Origin: Patescibacteria group bacterium
GTDB taxonomy: Bacteria > Patescibacteriota > Patescibacteriia > JAXHNJ01
DNA: 64,000 bases
Direction: 5' to 3'
NCBI GenBank assembly: GCA_041649715.1
Contig: JBAZMP010000001.1
Location: 82,741 to 146,740, forward strand
Shown piece by piece: positions 46,586 through 56,848 of the stretch. The translations under genes and the position numbers were made by a program. The number at the start of each line of letters is the position of its first letter. Position 1 is the stretch's first letter. Under the pieces are notes generated by a model, which was given only the letters and a program-made list of their open reading frames with translations, was not told the DNA's origin and did no database searches.

Positions 46586-48112
46586 ATGAACACATCAATT
46601 TGGATTATACTCCTGGCGGTGGGTTTGCCGGCCGGGATTTTAGCCGGTTATTTTGCCCGCAAATTTTGGGCCGTACGGGAGTCCGCTTCGGCTGAAGCAA
46701 GAGCGAAAAATTTAATCGATCAGGCCAAAGAGAAACAGAAAGAAATCCTTATCCAGGCCAAGGATAAGGCGCTTTCGGTTATCGACGAGGCAAAGAAAGA
46801 AGTCGAAGAGCGACGCCATGAATTTTCTCATTTGCAGAACAGATTGGAAAAAAGAGAAGCGCTTTTTGACCAGAAAATCCTGGATTTTGAGGAAAGGCAG
46901 CAAGGCCTTTTAGACAAGATCCAGCGTATTGAAAAAATGAAAGAAGAAATCGTGGCGGTCAAGGAGGAACAGATGGCAAAACTGGTGAAAATCGCCGAAC
47001 TGACCCAGGAAGAGGCAAAAAAAGTCCTTCTGGAAAATACGGAGACAAAAATGAAAGAAGAACTTTTGGCCCGTATCCGCAAACTCCAGAATATAGGCCA
47101 GGAGGAATTGGAACGTGAGGCGAAAAATCTGCTTTCAGTTGTTATTCAGAGGATCGCTTCTTCGCATGCGACCGAAACCACCACCACGGTAGTAAATCTG
47201 CCTTCAGATGAAATGAAGGGTCGGATCATCGGCCGCGAAGGCCGCAATATCAAGACCATCGAGCAGCTAACCGGAGTGGAAATCATCGTGGATGACACGC
47301 CGGAAGCGATCGTCATCTCCGGTTTCAATCCCATTCGGAGGCATCTGGCCAAAAGGGCGCTTGATAAATTGATCGCCGACGGCCGCATTCATCCCGCCCG
47401 CATCGAAGAAACGATCGAAAAGGCGAAAAAAGAACTGGCTTTGGATATTAAAAAGGCCGGTGAGGAAGCGGCTTACAAGGTCGGTGTCGCCGGGTTAGAC
47501 CCGAAATTGATCCAGATTTTAGGCCGTTTGAAATACCGGACTTCTTACGGCCAGAATGTTTTGCAGCATTCCATCGAAGTTTCGGAGCTTTCCGCTTTGC
47601 TGGCCGAAGAGCTAGGGGCGAATGTCACGGCCTGTAAAAAGGGCGGGTTGCTGCACGATATCGGCAAGGCGGTTGATCACGAAGTCCAGGGCGGCCATCC
47701 GGAGATCGGCTACGATATCATGAAGAAATTCGGTCTGCCCGAGGAAATCGCCTACGTCGCCCGGGCTCATCATGAAGACGCCCCCAAGACCTTGGAGGGT
47801 ATCATCGTGAAAGTGGCGGATGCCATTTCCGGTGCCCGACCGGGAGCGCGGAAGGATTCTTACGAAAATTATATTCAGAGGCTCGAGGAACTGGAAGCGG
47901 TGGCCAAGCAATTTCCTGGCGTGGAAAAAACCTATGCCGTGCAGGCCGGCCGCGAAATCCGCGTCTTCGTCATACCGGAAAAAATTGACGACCTGGCGGC
48001 GGTAAAAATGGCCGCGGCTATCGCCAAAAAAATCGAAGAGGAACTGCGCTATCCGGGCGAGATTAAAGTTAATGTCATTCGTGAAACAAGGGTGGTGGAA
48101 TACGCCCGTTAG
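46586..48112 (+). CDS. rny: ribonuclease Y
   Basis: N-terminal transmembrane helix, coiled coil, KH domain (GREGRNIK), HD domain (HDIGKA...H). Confidence 0.85.
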   Translation: MNTSIWIILLAVGLPAGILAGYFARKFWAVRESASAEARAKNLIDQAKEKQKEILIQAKDKALSVIDEAKKEVEERRHEFSHLQNRLEKREALFDQKILDFEERQQGLLDKIQRIEKMKEEIVAVKEEQMAKLVKIAELTQEEAKKVLLENTETKMKEELLARIRKLQNIGQEELEREAKNLLSVVIQRIASSHATETTTTVVNLPSDEMKGRIIGREGRNIKTIEQLTGVEIIVDDTPEAIVISGFNPIRRHLAKRALDKLIADGRIHPARIEETIEKAKKELALDIKKAGEEAAYKVGVAGLDPKLIQILGRLKYRTSYGQNVLQHSIEVSELSALLAEELGANVTACKKGGLLHDIGKAVDHEVQGGHPEIGYDIMKKFGLPEEIAYVARAHHEDAPKTLEGIIVKVADAISGARPGARKDSYENYIQRLEELEAVAKQFPGVEKTYAVQAGREIRVFVIPEKIDDLAAVKMAAAIAKKIEEELRYPGEIKVNVIRETRVVEYAR

Positions 48113-48264
48113 TTTTATTTGTTTTAACCGCTCTAACCGCAGTAACCGTTTTATCGCCTTTGGCTCGCTAACGTTTAGAACGTTTCAAACGAGCGAAGCG
48201 ATAAAACGATTAAAACATACGAATCTATCAGTTAACTATTCAACTAACTAACTAAAACACACCC

Positions 48265-49062
48265 TTGATTCTAAAAGTATTATTCTTCGGCGACATTGTC
48301 GGCAAAATCGGCCGTCAAGCGGTCAAAAAAATCCTGCCGAAATTAAAAAAGGAATATAAGCCTGATTTGATTTTGGCCAATGCGGAAAACCTGGCTCACG
48401 GCATCGGCATGACGGAAAAAACCATCGATGAAATGCAGGAAGCGGGAGTGGACTTTTTCACTTCCGGCAACCATTTTCTGAAAAAAGAGGAAATTCGCGA
48501 CCGGCTTTCTTCGCCGGAAACCAATATTTTGCGGCCGGCCAACTATCCGCCAGGCGTGCCCGGCCGAGGGGAAAAATTGCTTGAGATTGGCTTAAAAAGG
48601 GTGGTTGTGGTAAACTTAGTAGGCAGGGTATTTATGGGCGAGGATTTTGATTGCCCTTTCCGGAAATTTGATGAGATTTTTGAAAAGTACAAAAACGATA
48701 AAGTACCCATCATTGTTGATTTTCACGCCGAAGCCACCTCGGAAAAAGTGGCCTTGGGTTATTATCTTGACGGTCGGGCGGCCGCGATAGTCGGGACCCA
48801 TACCCACGTGGCGACGGCTGACCAGCGTGTTTTGCCGGGCGGCTCGGCTTTTGTCAGCGATATCGGCATGGTGGCGACTCTTGATTCCGTCATCGGGGTG
48901 GAGAAAAAAGAGGTGATCAAGATGTTCTTGACTCAGCTGCCTCTGCGCCACGAGTTGCCGGAAGAAGGCGAAGTCTTGGTCAATGCGGTTTATTTTGAGA
49001 TTGATCTGGAAAAGAATAAGGCAAAAAGCATCGAAAGAGTGGACCGCGTGATCAAAATCTAA
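48265..49062 (+). CDS. ymdB: YmdB-family metallophosphoesterase (2',3'-cyclic-nucleotide phosphodiesterase); TTG start
   Basis: GDIVG...NAENLAHG...GNH motifs. Conserved position downstream of rny. Confidence 0.7.
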   Translation: MILKVLFFGDIVGKIGRQAVKKILPKLKKEYKPDLILANAENLAHGIGMTEKTIDEMQEAGVDFFTSGNHFLKKEEIRDRLSSPETNILRPANYPPGVPGRGEKLLEIGLKRVVVVNLVGRVFMGEDFDCPFRKFDEIFEKYKNDKVPIIVDFHAEATSEKVALGYYLDGRAAAIVGTHTHVATADQRVLPGGSAFVSDIGMVATLDSVIGVEKKEVIKMFLTQLPLRHELPEEGEVLVNAVYFEIDLEKNKAKSIERVDRVIKI

Positions 49063-49123
49063 AAACAATAAATCAAAGCAGGCTAAAGGTCGAAAAGATA
49101 AATAAAACAGGAGAAATATTAAA

Positions 49124-49402
49124 ATGAACAAAGCGGAACTTTGCGACAAAATCGCGGAAAAAGTCGGTTTAAACAAAAAACAATGCGAAGACGTAATGGA
49201 TGCTTTTGAAGCCATTACGATTGAACAGCTGAAGGCCAACGGCGAAGTGACTCTGACGGGTTTCGGCACTTTTCTGGCCAAAAAAAGAGAAGCGAGAATG
49301 GGCGTCAATCCCCAGCATCCGGAACAAAAAATCCAGATTCCGGCCGTCACCGTGCCCAAATTCAAAGCTGGCAAGAAGTTAAAGGATTCCTTAAAAGTCT
49401 AA
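49124..49402 (+). CDS. hup: HU-family DNA-binding protein
   Basis: MNKAEL...GFGTF...R.G.NP.T HU signature. Confidence 0.85.
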   Translation: MNKAELCDKIAEKVGLNKKQCEDVMDAFEAITIEQLKANGEVTLTGFGTFLAKKREARMGVNPQHPEQKIQIPAVTVPKFKAGKKLKDSLKV

Positions 49403-49495
49403 ATTTAAGAAATTTATCAGTTTTTTAAATAAAACGAAGTCCTCTTTTTTATAGAAAGGGGATTTTGTTTTAGAAAAATATATCTACCCTTTTAA

Positions 49496-52234
49496 TTATT
49501 TTTTGACGCTTGTGTTTAGAGCAGCTTGGGCGGAGGCCAATAAGGCGATGGGGACGCGGAAAGGCGAGCAGCTGACGTAGGTAAGGCCGGCTTCGTGGCA
49601 AAAGCGGATGGTCCGGGGGTCGCCGCCGTGTTCGCCGCAGAGGCCGACTTCCAGATTCTGGCGGGTTTTCCGGCCCCTCTCCAGAGCGATTTTGATCAGT
49701 TCACCCACGCCTTTTTGGTCAAGGGTTTGGAAGGGATCATCGGCTAAAATCCCCTTTTTTAGATAAACCGGCAAAAAACTTCCTATATCGTCTCGGGAAA
49801 AACCAAAGGTCGTTTGCGTCAGATCGTTCGTGCCAAAAGAAAAAAACTCGGCCGGGATGGCCAGCTCACCGGCCAGCAAGGCCGCGCGCGGGATTTCAAT
49901 CATGGTGCCAAAAGCGTAGGTTATTTTTTTCAAGCCGAATTTTTTCAAAACATCGTGATAGATTACTTCCGTCATTGTGCGCTGATCGTCCAATTCTTTG
50001 CGGTCAGAAACCACGGGTATCATTATTTCCGGAAAAGGTTTTTTGCCTTCATTTATTAATTCCGCGGCCGCCTCAAAAATCGCCTGAATTTGCATGCGGC
50101 TTATTTCCGGGTAAGTCACGCCGAGGCGGACGCCGCGGTGACCCATCATCGGATTGGATTCGTGCAGTTTTCTGGCCCTTTTTGCCAATTCTTCTTGAGA
50201 GATTCCAAGCTCTTTTGCCAGGGCTTGCCGTTTTGCTTCTTGGCGCGGAATAAATTCGTGTAAAGGCGGATCAAGCAGGCGGATGATGACCGGATAACCG
50301 GACATGGCCAAAAGGGCGGCCTTAAAATCTTTTTTTATGAAAGGAAAAAGCTTGTTTGCCGCTTTTTCTCTTTCTTCTTCAGTACTGGCCATGATCATCT
50401 GGCGCAAAATAAAGAGCGGTTCATCTGCGCCATGCCCGTAAAACATGTGTTCGGTCCGGAAAAGACCGACTCCTTCGGCGCCAAATCCTTTGGCTTTGAC
50501 GATATCATCGGCGGTATCCGCGTTGGCGCGTATCTCTAGTTTTTTCACCCGGCCGCAAATTTTCAGGAATTCATTGAGGGTTTTGTTTTCTTCGCCCGCG
50601 TCCATCATGGCCAATTGGCCCCAATATATATTTCCCTTGGTGCCGTTTAGGGTCAGCCAATCGCCTTCTTTTAAAATTTTTCCGGCTATCCGGAGTTCGT
50701 CAGAGGCATGATCGATATGCAGGGCGGCGCAGCCGACGATGCAGCATTTTCCCCAGCCGCGGGCGACCAAGGCGGCGTGGGAGGTCATGCCGCCTCTGGC
50801 GGTCAAAATCGCTTCGGCGGCGCGCATGCCGTCCACATCCTCCGGATTGGTTTCCTCCCGCACTAAGATCAATTTCTTACCTTGTTTTTTCCCTTCCATG
50901 GCCGCCGCCGCGCTAAAAACGATCTGGCCGGCCGCGGCGCCGGGCCCGGCCGGTAAGCCGGCCGCCAACGGCTTGTTTTCCGCTTCCGCCTCCGGATCGA
51001 TTATGGGATGCAGCAATTCTTCCAATTGGCTGGGGGTGACCCGGTTTACGGCTTCTTTTATGGTAATAAGTTTTTCTTTAAGCATGTCAACGGCCATCCG
51101 GACAGCGGCCGGACCGTTTCTTTTGCCGGTGCGGCATTGCAGCATATAAAGCCGGCCCTTTTCAATGGTAAATTCGATATCCTGCATTTCATGGAAATGC
51201 TTTTCCAGGCGGTTACGATAGCCTACCAATTCTTTATAAAGTTGCGGCATGGCCTTTTCCAGAGTAAGCAGGTTTTTGTTGTGTTCCGACTTGGAATATT
51301 CGTTTAAGGGAGCGGGCGTTCGGATGCCGGCCACCACATCCTCCCCTTGAGCGTTGATCAGATATTCGCCGTAAAAACTATTTTCGCCGTTGCCGGGATT
51401 GCGGGAAAAAGCGACGCCGGTGGCGGAATCCTTACCCATATTGCCGAAAACCATGGCCTGGATGTTGACCGCTGTGCCCCATTCATCGGGAATATTTTCA
51501 ATGCGGCGGTAGGAAATCGCCCGTTTTCCCCGCCAGGAAGAAAAAACGGCTCCTAAAGCGCCCCAAAGCTGTTTTTCCGGGTCGTCGGGAAATTCTTTTT
51601 TTAATACTTCCCTGATTTTTTCCTTGTATAGAGATATCATTTTTTCCAGATCATCGGCGGTTAGATCCGTATCACTCTTGTATCCCTTTTCTTTTTTCAA
51701 GGAAGTCATTATTTTTTCCAGCTGCTTGCGGATACCCCCTTCTTCTCTTGGCTCGAGGCCAGCCGCTTTTTCCATGACGACGTCGGCATACATCGTGATC
51801 AAACGGCGATAAGCATCATAGACAAAACGCCGGTCGCCGCCCGCCTGTTTGACCAAGCCAGGGATGGTTTTTGCGGTTAATCCGATGTTTAAGACTGTCT
51901 CCATCATGCCGGGCATGGATTTGCGGGCGCCGGAACGGACCGAGACAAGCAGGGGGTTGGCCGGATTTCCGAATTTTTTGCCCACCAGTTTTTCCACTTT
52001 AGCTAAGGCTTTGTTTACTTCAGCTTTTAGGCCTTGAGGGTAGCGGCCTTTGTTTTTATAAAAATAAGTGCAGACTTCGGTGGTTACGGTGAAGCCCGGC
52101 GGGACAGGCAATCTCAAGTTTTTATGTCCGGCCATCTCTGCCAGATTCGCTCCCTTGCCGCCCAGAAGATTTTTCAGGCCTTCATGGCCGTCGGTTTTTT
52201 TACCGCCGAAAAAATAAACGTATTTTTTTGCCAT
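49496..52234 (-). CDS. ppdK: pyruvate, phosphate dikinase
   Basis: ATP-grasp N-terminus, phospho-His domain GGMTSHAALVARG, PEP-utilising C-terminus. 912 aa. Confidence 0.85.
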   Translation of the reverse strand: MAKKYVYFFGGKKTDGHEGLKNLLGGKGANLAEMAGHKNLRLPVPPGFTVTTEVCTYFYKNKGRYPQGLKAEVNKALAKVEKLVGKKFGNPANPLLVSVRSGARKSMPGMMETVLNIGLTAKTIPGLVKQAGGDRRFVYDAYRRLITMYADVVMEKAAGLEPREEGGIRKQLEKIMTSLKKEKGYKSDTDLTADDLEKMISLYKEKIREVLKKEFPDDPEKQLWGALGAVFSSWRGKRAISYRRIENIPDEWGTAVNIQAMVFGNMGKDSATGVAFSRNPGNGENSFYGEYLINAQGEDVVAGIRTPAPLNEYSKSEHNKNLLTLEKAMPQLYKELVGYRNRLEKHFHEMQDIEFTIEKGRLYMLQCRTGKRNGPAAVRMAVDMLKEKLITIKEAVNRVTPSQLEELLHPIIDPEAEAENKPLAAGLPAGPGAAAGQIVFSAAAAMEGKKQGKKLILVREETNPEDVDGMRAAEAILTARGGMTSHAALVARGWGKCCIVGCAALHIDHASDELRIAGKILKEGDWLTLNGTKGNIYWGQLAMMDAGEENKTLNEFLKICGRVKKLEIRANADTADDIVKAKGFGAEGVGLFRTEHMFYGHGADEPLFILRQMIMASTEEEREKAANKLFPFIKKDFKAALLAMSGYPVIIRLLDPPLHEFIPRQEAKRQALAKELGISQEELAKRARKLHESNPMMGHRGVRLGVTYPEISRMQIQAIFEAAAELINEGKKPFPEIMIPVVSDRKELDDQRTMTEVIYHDVLKKFGLKKITYAFGTMIEIPRAALLAGELAIPAEFFSFGTNDLTQTTFGFSRDDIGSFLPVYLKKGILADDPFQTLDQKGVGELIKIALERGRKTRQNLEVGLCGEHGGDPRTIRFCHEAGLTYVSCSPFRVPIALLASAQAALNTSVKK

Positions 52235-52347
52235 ATTATTATTTGCACCCTTCCTTTTGATTAATTAATTGATAATTACACTTGAAAATAATTTTAAAAA
52301 AAATGCCTGGTAGGCGGGAATAATATTTAATTTTTAATAAAATTATG

Positions 52348-52424
52348 GTGAGCGTAGAGGGATTCGCCTTGAACTACTGAAGAGTTCACGGCTGCCCCGA
52401 ACCCTTTAGTGGTTTGGGGCGAAC
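52348..52424 (-). pseudogene. tRNA-Lys 3' fragment (copy of the acceptor 3' strand and T-arm) interrupted in the T-loop by a 55-nt double-hairpin element
   Basis: gtgagcgtagagggattcg at 52348-52366 plus aac at 52422-52424 match gtgagcgcagagggattcgaac of the intact gene at 52466-52487. The insert lies at 52367-52421. Confidence 0.75.
52367..52421 (+). repeat. double-hairpin element, copy C (ccttgaact-ACTGAAG-agttcacgg ct gccccgaacc-CTTTAGT-ggtttggggc)
   Basis: The loop 1 A-to-G change still pairs with loop 2 through G:U. The stem 2 changes are compensatory. Confidence 0.8.
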
Positions 52425-52464
52425 TTTTCAATTCCACGTATATTTTAATATGTAATTTTTAAAG

Positions 52465-52538
52465 TGAGCGCAGAGGGATTCGAACCCCCGACACCCTGCT
52501 TAAGAGGCAGGTGCTCTAACCAGCTGAGCTATGCGCCC
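52465..52538 (-). tRNA. tRNA-Lys, anticodon CTT; no CCA
   Basis: Acceptor gggcgca/tgcgctc, anticodon stem cctgc/gcagg with loop ctCTTaa, T-arm gggggttcgaatccctc. Confidence 0.85.
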
Positions 52539-52554
52539 GTGAAATCTTTTTTAA

Positions 52555-52630
52555 TGGTGCGCCCGGAGGGATTCGAACCCCCAATCTTGTGGTCCGAAGC
52601 CACACATTCTATCCATTGAACTACGGGCGC
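52555..52630 (-). tRNA. tRNA-Arg, anticodon TCG; CCA encoded
   Basis: Acceptor gcgcccg/cgggcgc, anticodon stem tgtgg/ccaca with loop ctTCGga, T-arm gggggttcgaatccctc, terminal acca. Confidence 0.85.
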
Positions 52631-52836
52631 AAGATGCTAATAATATGATCCTAATAAACAATTGTGATATCTCCCGCCAGGCAAGGCGGGATCCTCGTCA
52701 ATTATCAAAATCGGAGATTTTGTAATTGACGGGACAATTTCACTACGAGGGCGAGATTGTTCGTGTTAAAAATAATATCATTTTCCAACAAAAAAATCAA
52801 GGTTCTGGCTTGATGTATTCTTCGGGATAAATATTA

Positions 52837-53790
52837 TTAAGGCTTGATGCGGCCGCGGTTCGCTTCCGCGCCCAGTTCTTTATCCTCGGATTTTTCGGCG
52901 AATTGAATGGCCAGGGCTATTTGGCGGGAAATTATGTTCAGAAGGATTTGATTGTTGAAATTAAAGTCCTCTTCTTTTTTGTCGACTAAGACGATCGCCC
53001 CGATGATCTTTTGTCCGGCCTGGATTTTTACGCCAAGAGCGTTTTGTCCCAGATAGGGAAGAGAAAACTTCTTGTTGGTTTTTGATTCGGCCGCCGTCAA
53101 AAAGATATCTTCGCCGGTTTCGTGGATTTTTCCCAAGAAGGGATCGTTTTTCAATCCCAGGTTCAGATTCTTTACGGCCTGGTTGTCGCCAAAACCTATC
53201 GCTTCCTGGATGATGATTTTGTTTTCAAAAGTTTTAAAAAGGGCGAAGAAAGCTTTCTTGGCCTTGATCACGGTAAGGATGGTTTCCAGAAGTAGGGGGA
53301 GAAGGTTATAAATATTGGCGTAGGTTGAGGCGATTTTACCGGTAGAATATACAGTGACCAGCTTATTATTGGCATGATGAAGGCGTTCCGTCAGGTTGGC
53401 CACGATATTGCCGTAAATACGGTTGGCCAGGCGGGGTTCTTTGGCCGCCAAGCTCAGAAATTCTTTGCCTTCGATGGTGATTATCTCTCCCTCTTTAATG
53501 ACTTCTCCTGAATGGGTGTGCTTGAGCTTGGGATCGACCAGGGCGCTTTCCACGGCGAAATCATCCCGGTCCATATAGGCGAGTACTTCCTCTTCGTCTT
53601 TGAGATATCGGCAGATCTTTATTTTGCCGCTTAAGATGATATAAAAAGTTTTTCGGGCTTCGCCGGATTGAAAAAGCTTTTCGCCGATTTTGGTTTTTTT
53701 TATCCGACAAATAGGGATCAGGGAATCAATTTCCTGGTTTTCAAGTTTAGCAAAGACGGGTATGTTTTTTATCAATTTTGACTCCACCAT
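52837..53790 (-). CDS. cyclic-nucleotide-binding domain plus GAF domain protein; putative signalling protein or regulator
   Basis: N-terminal cNMP-binding beta-roll (FYIILSGKIKI), C-terminal GAF-like region. Confidence 0.5.
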   Translation of the reverse strand: MVESKLIKNIPVFAKLENQEIDSLIPICRIKKTKIGEKLFQSGEARKTFYIILSGKIKICRYLKDEEEVLAYMDRDDFAVESALVDPKLKHTHSGEVIKEGEIITIEGKEFLSLAAKEPRLANRIYGNIVANLTERLHHANNKLVTVYSTGKIASTYANIYNLLPLLLETILTVIKAKKAFFALFKTFENKIIIQEAIGFGDNQAVKNLNLGLKNDPFLGKIHETGEDIFLTAAESKTNKKFSLPYLGQNALGVKIQAGQKIIGAIVLVDKKEEDFNFNNQILLNIISRQIALAIQFAEKSEDKELGAEANRGRIKP

Positions 53791-53794
53791 AAAA

Positions 53795-54925
53795 TTATTT
53801 TAACATTTCCGGATTTACCATGTGGGTTAAGGCGGTCGTTTCATTAATCTGCCTTTTTTCAAAAATATTTTTGATGTCTTGGTCCATGGTGAACATGCCT
53901 TCTTCGGCGCTCGTCTGGATGGCGGTTTTGATCTGGGCGATTTTATTTTCCCGGATAAGATTGGAGATAGCCGGCGTATTGATCAGTATTTCGCGGGCGG
54001 CCACCCGGCCGCCGCTCACTCGGGGCAGCAATTGCTGGGAAATAATGCCTTTTAAGAACAAGGAAAGCTGCAGACGGACTTGGGGTTGCTGGTAAGGAGG
54101 GAAGACATCAATGATACGGTCGATACTTTGAGCCGCATTCAGAGTATGCAGAGTGGCTAAAACTAAGTGGCCGGTTTCGGCCAAAGTGATGGTGGAACTG
54201 ATCGTTTCCAGGTCGCGCATCTCACCGACCATAATCACGTTCGGGTCCTGGCGGAGCACATGTTTTAAACCTTCCGCAAAGGAGAGCATATCGGAGCCGA
54301 GCTGTCTTTGTCGGATGATGCATTTGATCGGGGTAAAAATGTATTCGATCGGATCTTCAAGAGTGACGATATGGGAAGTTCTCTCGTTGTTAATGAGGTC
54401 GATCATGGCGGCTAAAGAGGTGGATTTTCCGCAGCCGGTCGGGCCGGTGATGAGGAGTAAGCCTTGTTTTAAGCGCAGTAATTCATAAACAATGCGCGGC
54501 ATCTCCAGGCTTTCCATGCTCGGGATTTTCGTGGAGATGACGCGGGCGACCATGCCGACGTAGTTTTTTTCCCAATGAAGATTGACTCTGAAACGGGACA
54601 GGTCTTTGATTTCATAAGAAACATCAAGCTCTCTTTGATTGATGAGGGTTTCCTGGAGTTTGGGCGAGATGATGCTGAAACAAAGTTCTTCTGTGTCTTT
54701 GGGTTTAAGCACTGGATATTCATTGAGTTTTTTTAATTCTCCGTCAATGCGCAGGATGGGGGGCATATTAGCCATAATATGAAGGTCGGAAGCGCCCTTT
54801 TTTACCGCTTCTCGGAATAAATCGTCAATTTTGAGCATATTTTTTCCCTTATAGAACGTCTGGTTCTTATACCGTCGATCCAGGCGTTTTTTTATATTAA
54901 TAATGCGTTTTGTTTCTGCCTTCAT
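53795..54925 (-). CDS. pilT: type IV pilus retraction ATPase PilT
   Basis: Walker A GPTGCGKST, Asp box, Walker B, His box. 376 aa. Confidence 0.8.
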   Translation of the reverse strand: MKAETKRIINIKKRLDRRYKNQTFYKGKNMLKIDDLFREAVKKGASDLHIMANMPPILRIDGELKKLNEYPVLKPKDTEELCFSIISPKLQETLINQRELDVSYEIKDLSRFRVNLHWEKNYVGMVARVISTKIPSMESLEMPRIVYELLRLKQGLLLITGPTGCGKSTSLAAMIDLINNERTSHIVTLEDPIEYIFTPIKCIIRQRQLGSDMLSFAEGLKHVLRQDPNVIMVGEMRDLETISSTITLAETGHLVLATLHTLNAAQSIDRIIDVFPPYQQPQVRLQLSLFLKGIISQQLLPRVSGGRVAAREILINTPAISNLIRENKIAQIKTAIQTSAEEGMFTMDQDIKNIFEKRQINETTALTHMVNPEMLK

Positions 54926-55020
54926 TTTAGAATTTTATCTGCTCCGTGTCAAACTCGCAAAAAAACAAAAAACTCAAGGTCAAAAAATCCTGAGCATTTC
55001 CGGTAATTTTCCGATAAATT

Positions 55021-56694
55021 TTAGTAAATTTCTTCCTTTTTCTCCTTATAAAAATTCATCCAGTCGTCTAGCACCTCTACCAATGTTTTGAACGGAGCCT
55101 CTATGATGAAATCGAGGAAGAAAGTGAAAATATTTATGCGCGGAGTGTTTAGGGATATCCAGCGGCCGAGCCGGATGATAGGGAGGGAGAAAAAATCAAT
55201 CAGGGAGCCGATAAAACCTCTTTTTTTGTCGATGATGATCAGCTCGCGCATCGTTTCCCGGTTTCGGATGCCGAAGAAACTGACCAAGCTCAAGAAAAGC
55301 AGGAACAAAAAGATACTGACGGCGTTGAAATGCAGATATCTTAAGAGATAGATAATGGCGCCGAATGAGATTATAAAAACAATGAAATAGAGGAAGTTAT
55401 AGATAATGTTCCAGGTTTTCCGGCGCCGGATCGGTTTTTGGAAAACCACGAAGACGAATTCTTTTTCGTCGGCGTAGATCAGCCCCCTGACCGCTTCAAT
55501 GACTTTTTCCGTATTTTGCCGGGCGGGGATGAAAATATTGGCCGCGATGAAGATAAGCAGCAGAGGATGAAAGATTATGTTGATCACCAGGGCGGAATAA
55601 TGGACGATCCCGTAAGAAAGGATATCAAAGGGTATTTCAAAAATAAAAGCCAGAATAGTCTTGGTGCAAAGGACGTAAATTACCGTGCGGGTGGTGCTTC
55701 GCATCAGCTTGGCTCTTGCTTTTTTATAGCGCTGATCGCAAGCGGCGACGATCTTCTCCCTCAAGAGCATGGGGTCGCTTAAAATCTGGTCGGCCTTGTA
55801 GGGATTCTCTCGAATGAGATCTTTGATGGTTTTTAATATAATGATGTATTTTTTGACCTGCCGGCCGAGGACACTGCCCAGCGGATGCTTGATCTGTCCG
55901 TCAATCGTCAGTTTCAAGGCGGGCAGATGGGAAGCTATTTCATCGATCAAATTTCCGTCCGCTTTATCCCAGCCCGGATAGTAAAGCTTAAAAAGACCAT
56001 AGCTGATGATAGCGTTGTCGCTTTTGGACACCGCCCGCTGGATGGCGATATAGAGTTGGGTATTCTTGGTTCTTTCGTCAGTTTCCGTTTCGTCCACGAC
56101 TACTTTATCGGAAAGAATGGAATAGGCGTATTCAGTTAAGGCCTGGTTCTCGTAGCTGGGGAAAAAATGATTTTCAATCTCCACGGAAGCAAGCTTTAAG
56201 ATCCATTCGTTCAGGATAAGGCGTTCTTCCCCCCCCTTGATATAAGCGGCCTTTTTCCTCAAGAGCAGAAATTTTTCCAGGATTTGCCGTACTTCAAAGA
56301 CCACGCTTTCCGGGACGGTGTCGTTCTTCAGATAGCCGGCCCGGACGAGCTCTACCAGCAAAGTCCGGACGTCAAAAGTCTCGATTTTGCCCTCTAAAAG
56401 CCAGCGTTTTAATATTCTTTCAATGGCGTTTTTTCGCAAGAGATGCTCGTCTGTATAGTCGATGGCCATCCGGATTTTTTCGTAAACATAGGCCATCCGC
56501 GAAACAGTGGTGGAAACGTGGATTTTCGGGATTTTAGGATCCTGCCAGTCAGAAATAAGTTTTTTCCGGAAGCCGACGATCAGCTGTTTGACATTATTCC
56601 TTAGGGGTTTCTCGCCCTCATATTTTTTCTGGTCACGGCCAAAACTAGGCTGTTTCTTTGGTTTTAGATAAAGATTATCTTTTGTTTCGCTCAT
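55021..56694 (-). CDS. hypothetical membrane protein: soluble N-terminal domain and C-terminal multi-transmembrane region
   Basis: Hydrophobic C-terminal helices. No known motif recognised. Confidence 0.4.
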   Translation of the reverse strand: MSETKDNLYLKPKKQPSFGRDQKKYEGEKPLRNNVKQLIVGFRKKLISDWQDPKIPKIHVSTTVSRMAYVYEKIRMAIDYTDEHLLRKNAIERILKRWLLEGKIETFDVRTLLVELVRAGYLKNDTVPESVVFEVRQILEKFLLLRKKAAYIKGGEERLILNEWILKLASVEIENHFFPSYENQALTEYAYSILSDKVVVDETETDERTKNTQLYIAIQRAVSKSDNAIISYGLFKLYYPGWDKADGNLIDEIASHLPALKLTIDGQIKHPLGSVLGRQVKKYIIILKTIKDLIRENPYKADQILSDPMLLREKIVAACDQRYKKARAKLMRSTTRTVIYVLCTKTILAFIFEIPFDILSYGIVHYSALVINIIFHPLLLIFIAANIFIPARQNTEKVIEAVRGLIYADEKEFVFVVFQKPIRRRKTWNIIYNFLYFIVFIISFGAIIYLLRYLHFNAVSIFLFLLFLSLVSFFGIRNRETMRELIIIDKKRGFIGSLIDFFSLPIIRLGRWISLNTPRINIFTFFLDFIIEAPFKTLVEVLDDWMNFYKEKKEEIY

Positions 56695-56848
56695 TCTATG
56701 GGTTTATTTGGGAATTTAGTCCTTCTATTTAAGATTATAACGCAATCTAGTAGTTTAATCATATAACGGGTTTTTGTCAACCCCTAAAGGATTTCTTTGA
56801 GAAAAATATCTTTTCAGATGAAATTATCTTTATGGGGGCAAAGCGGAT

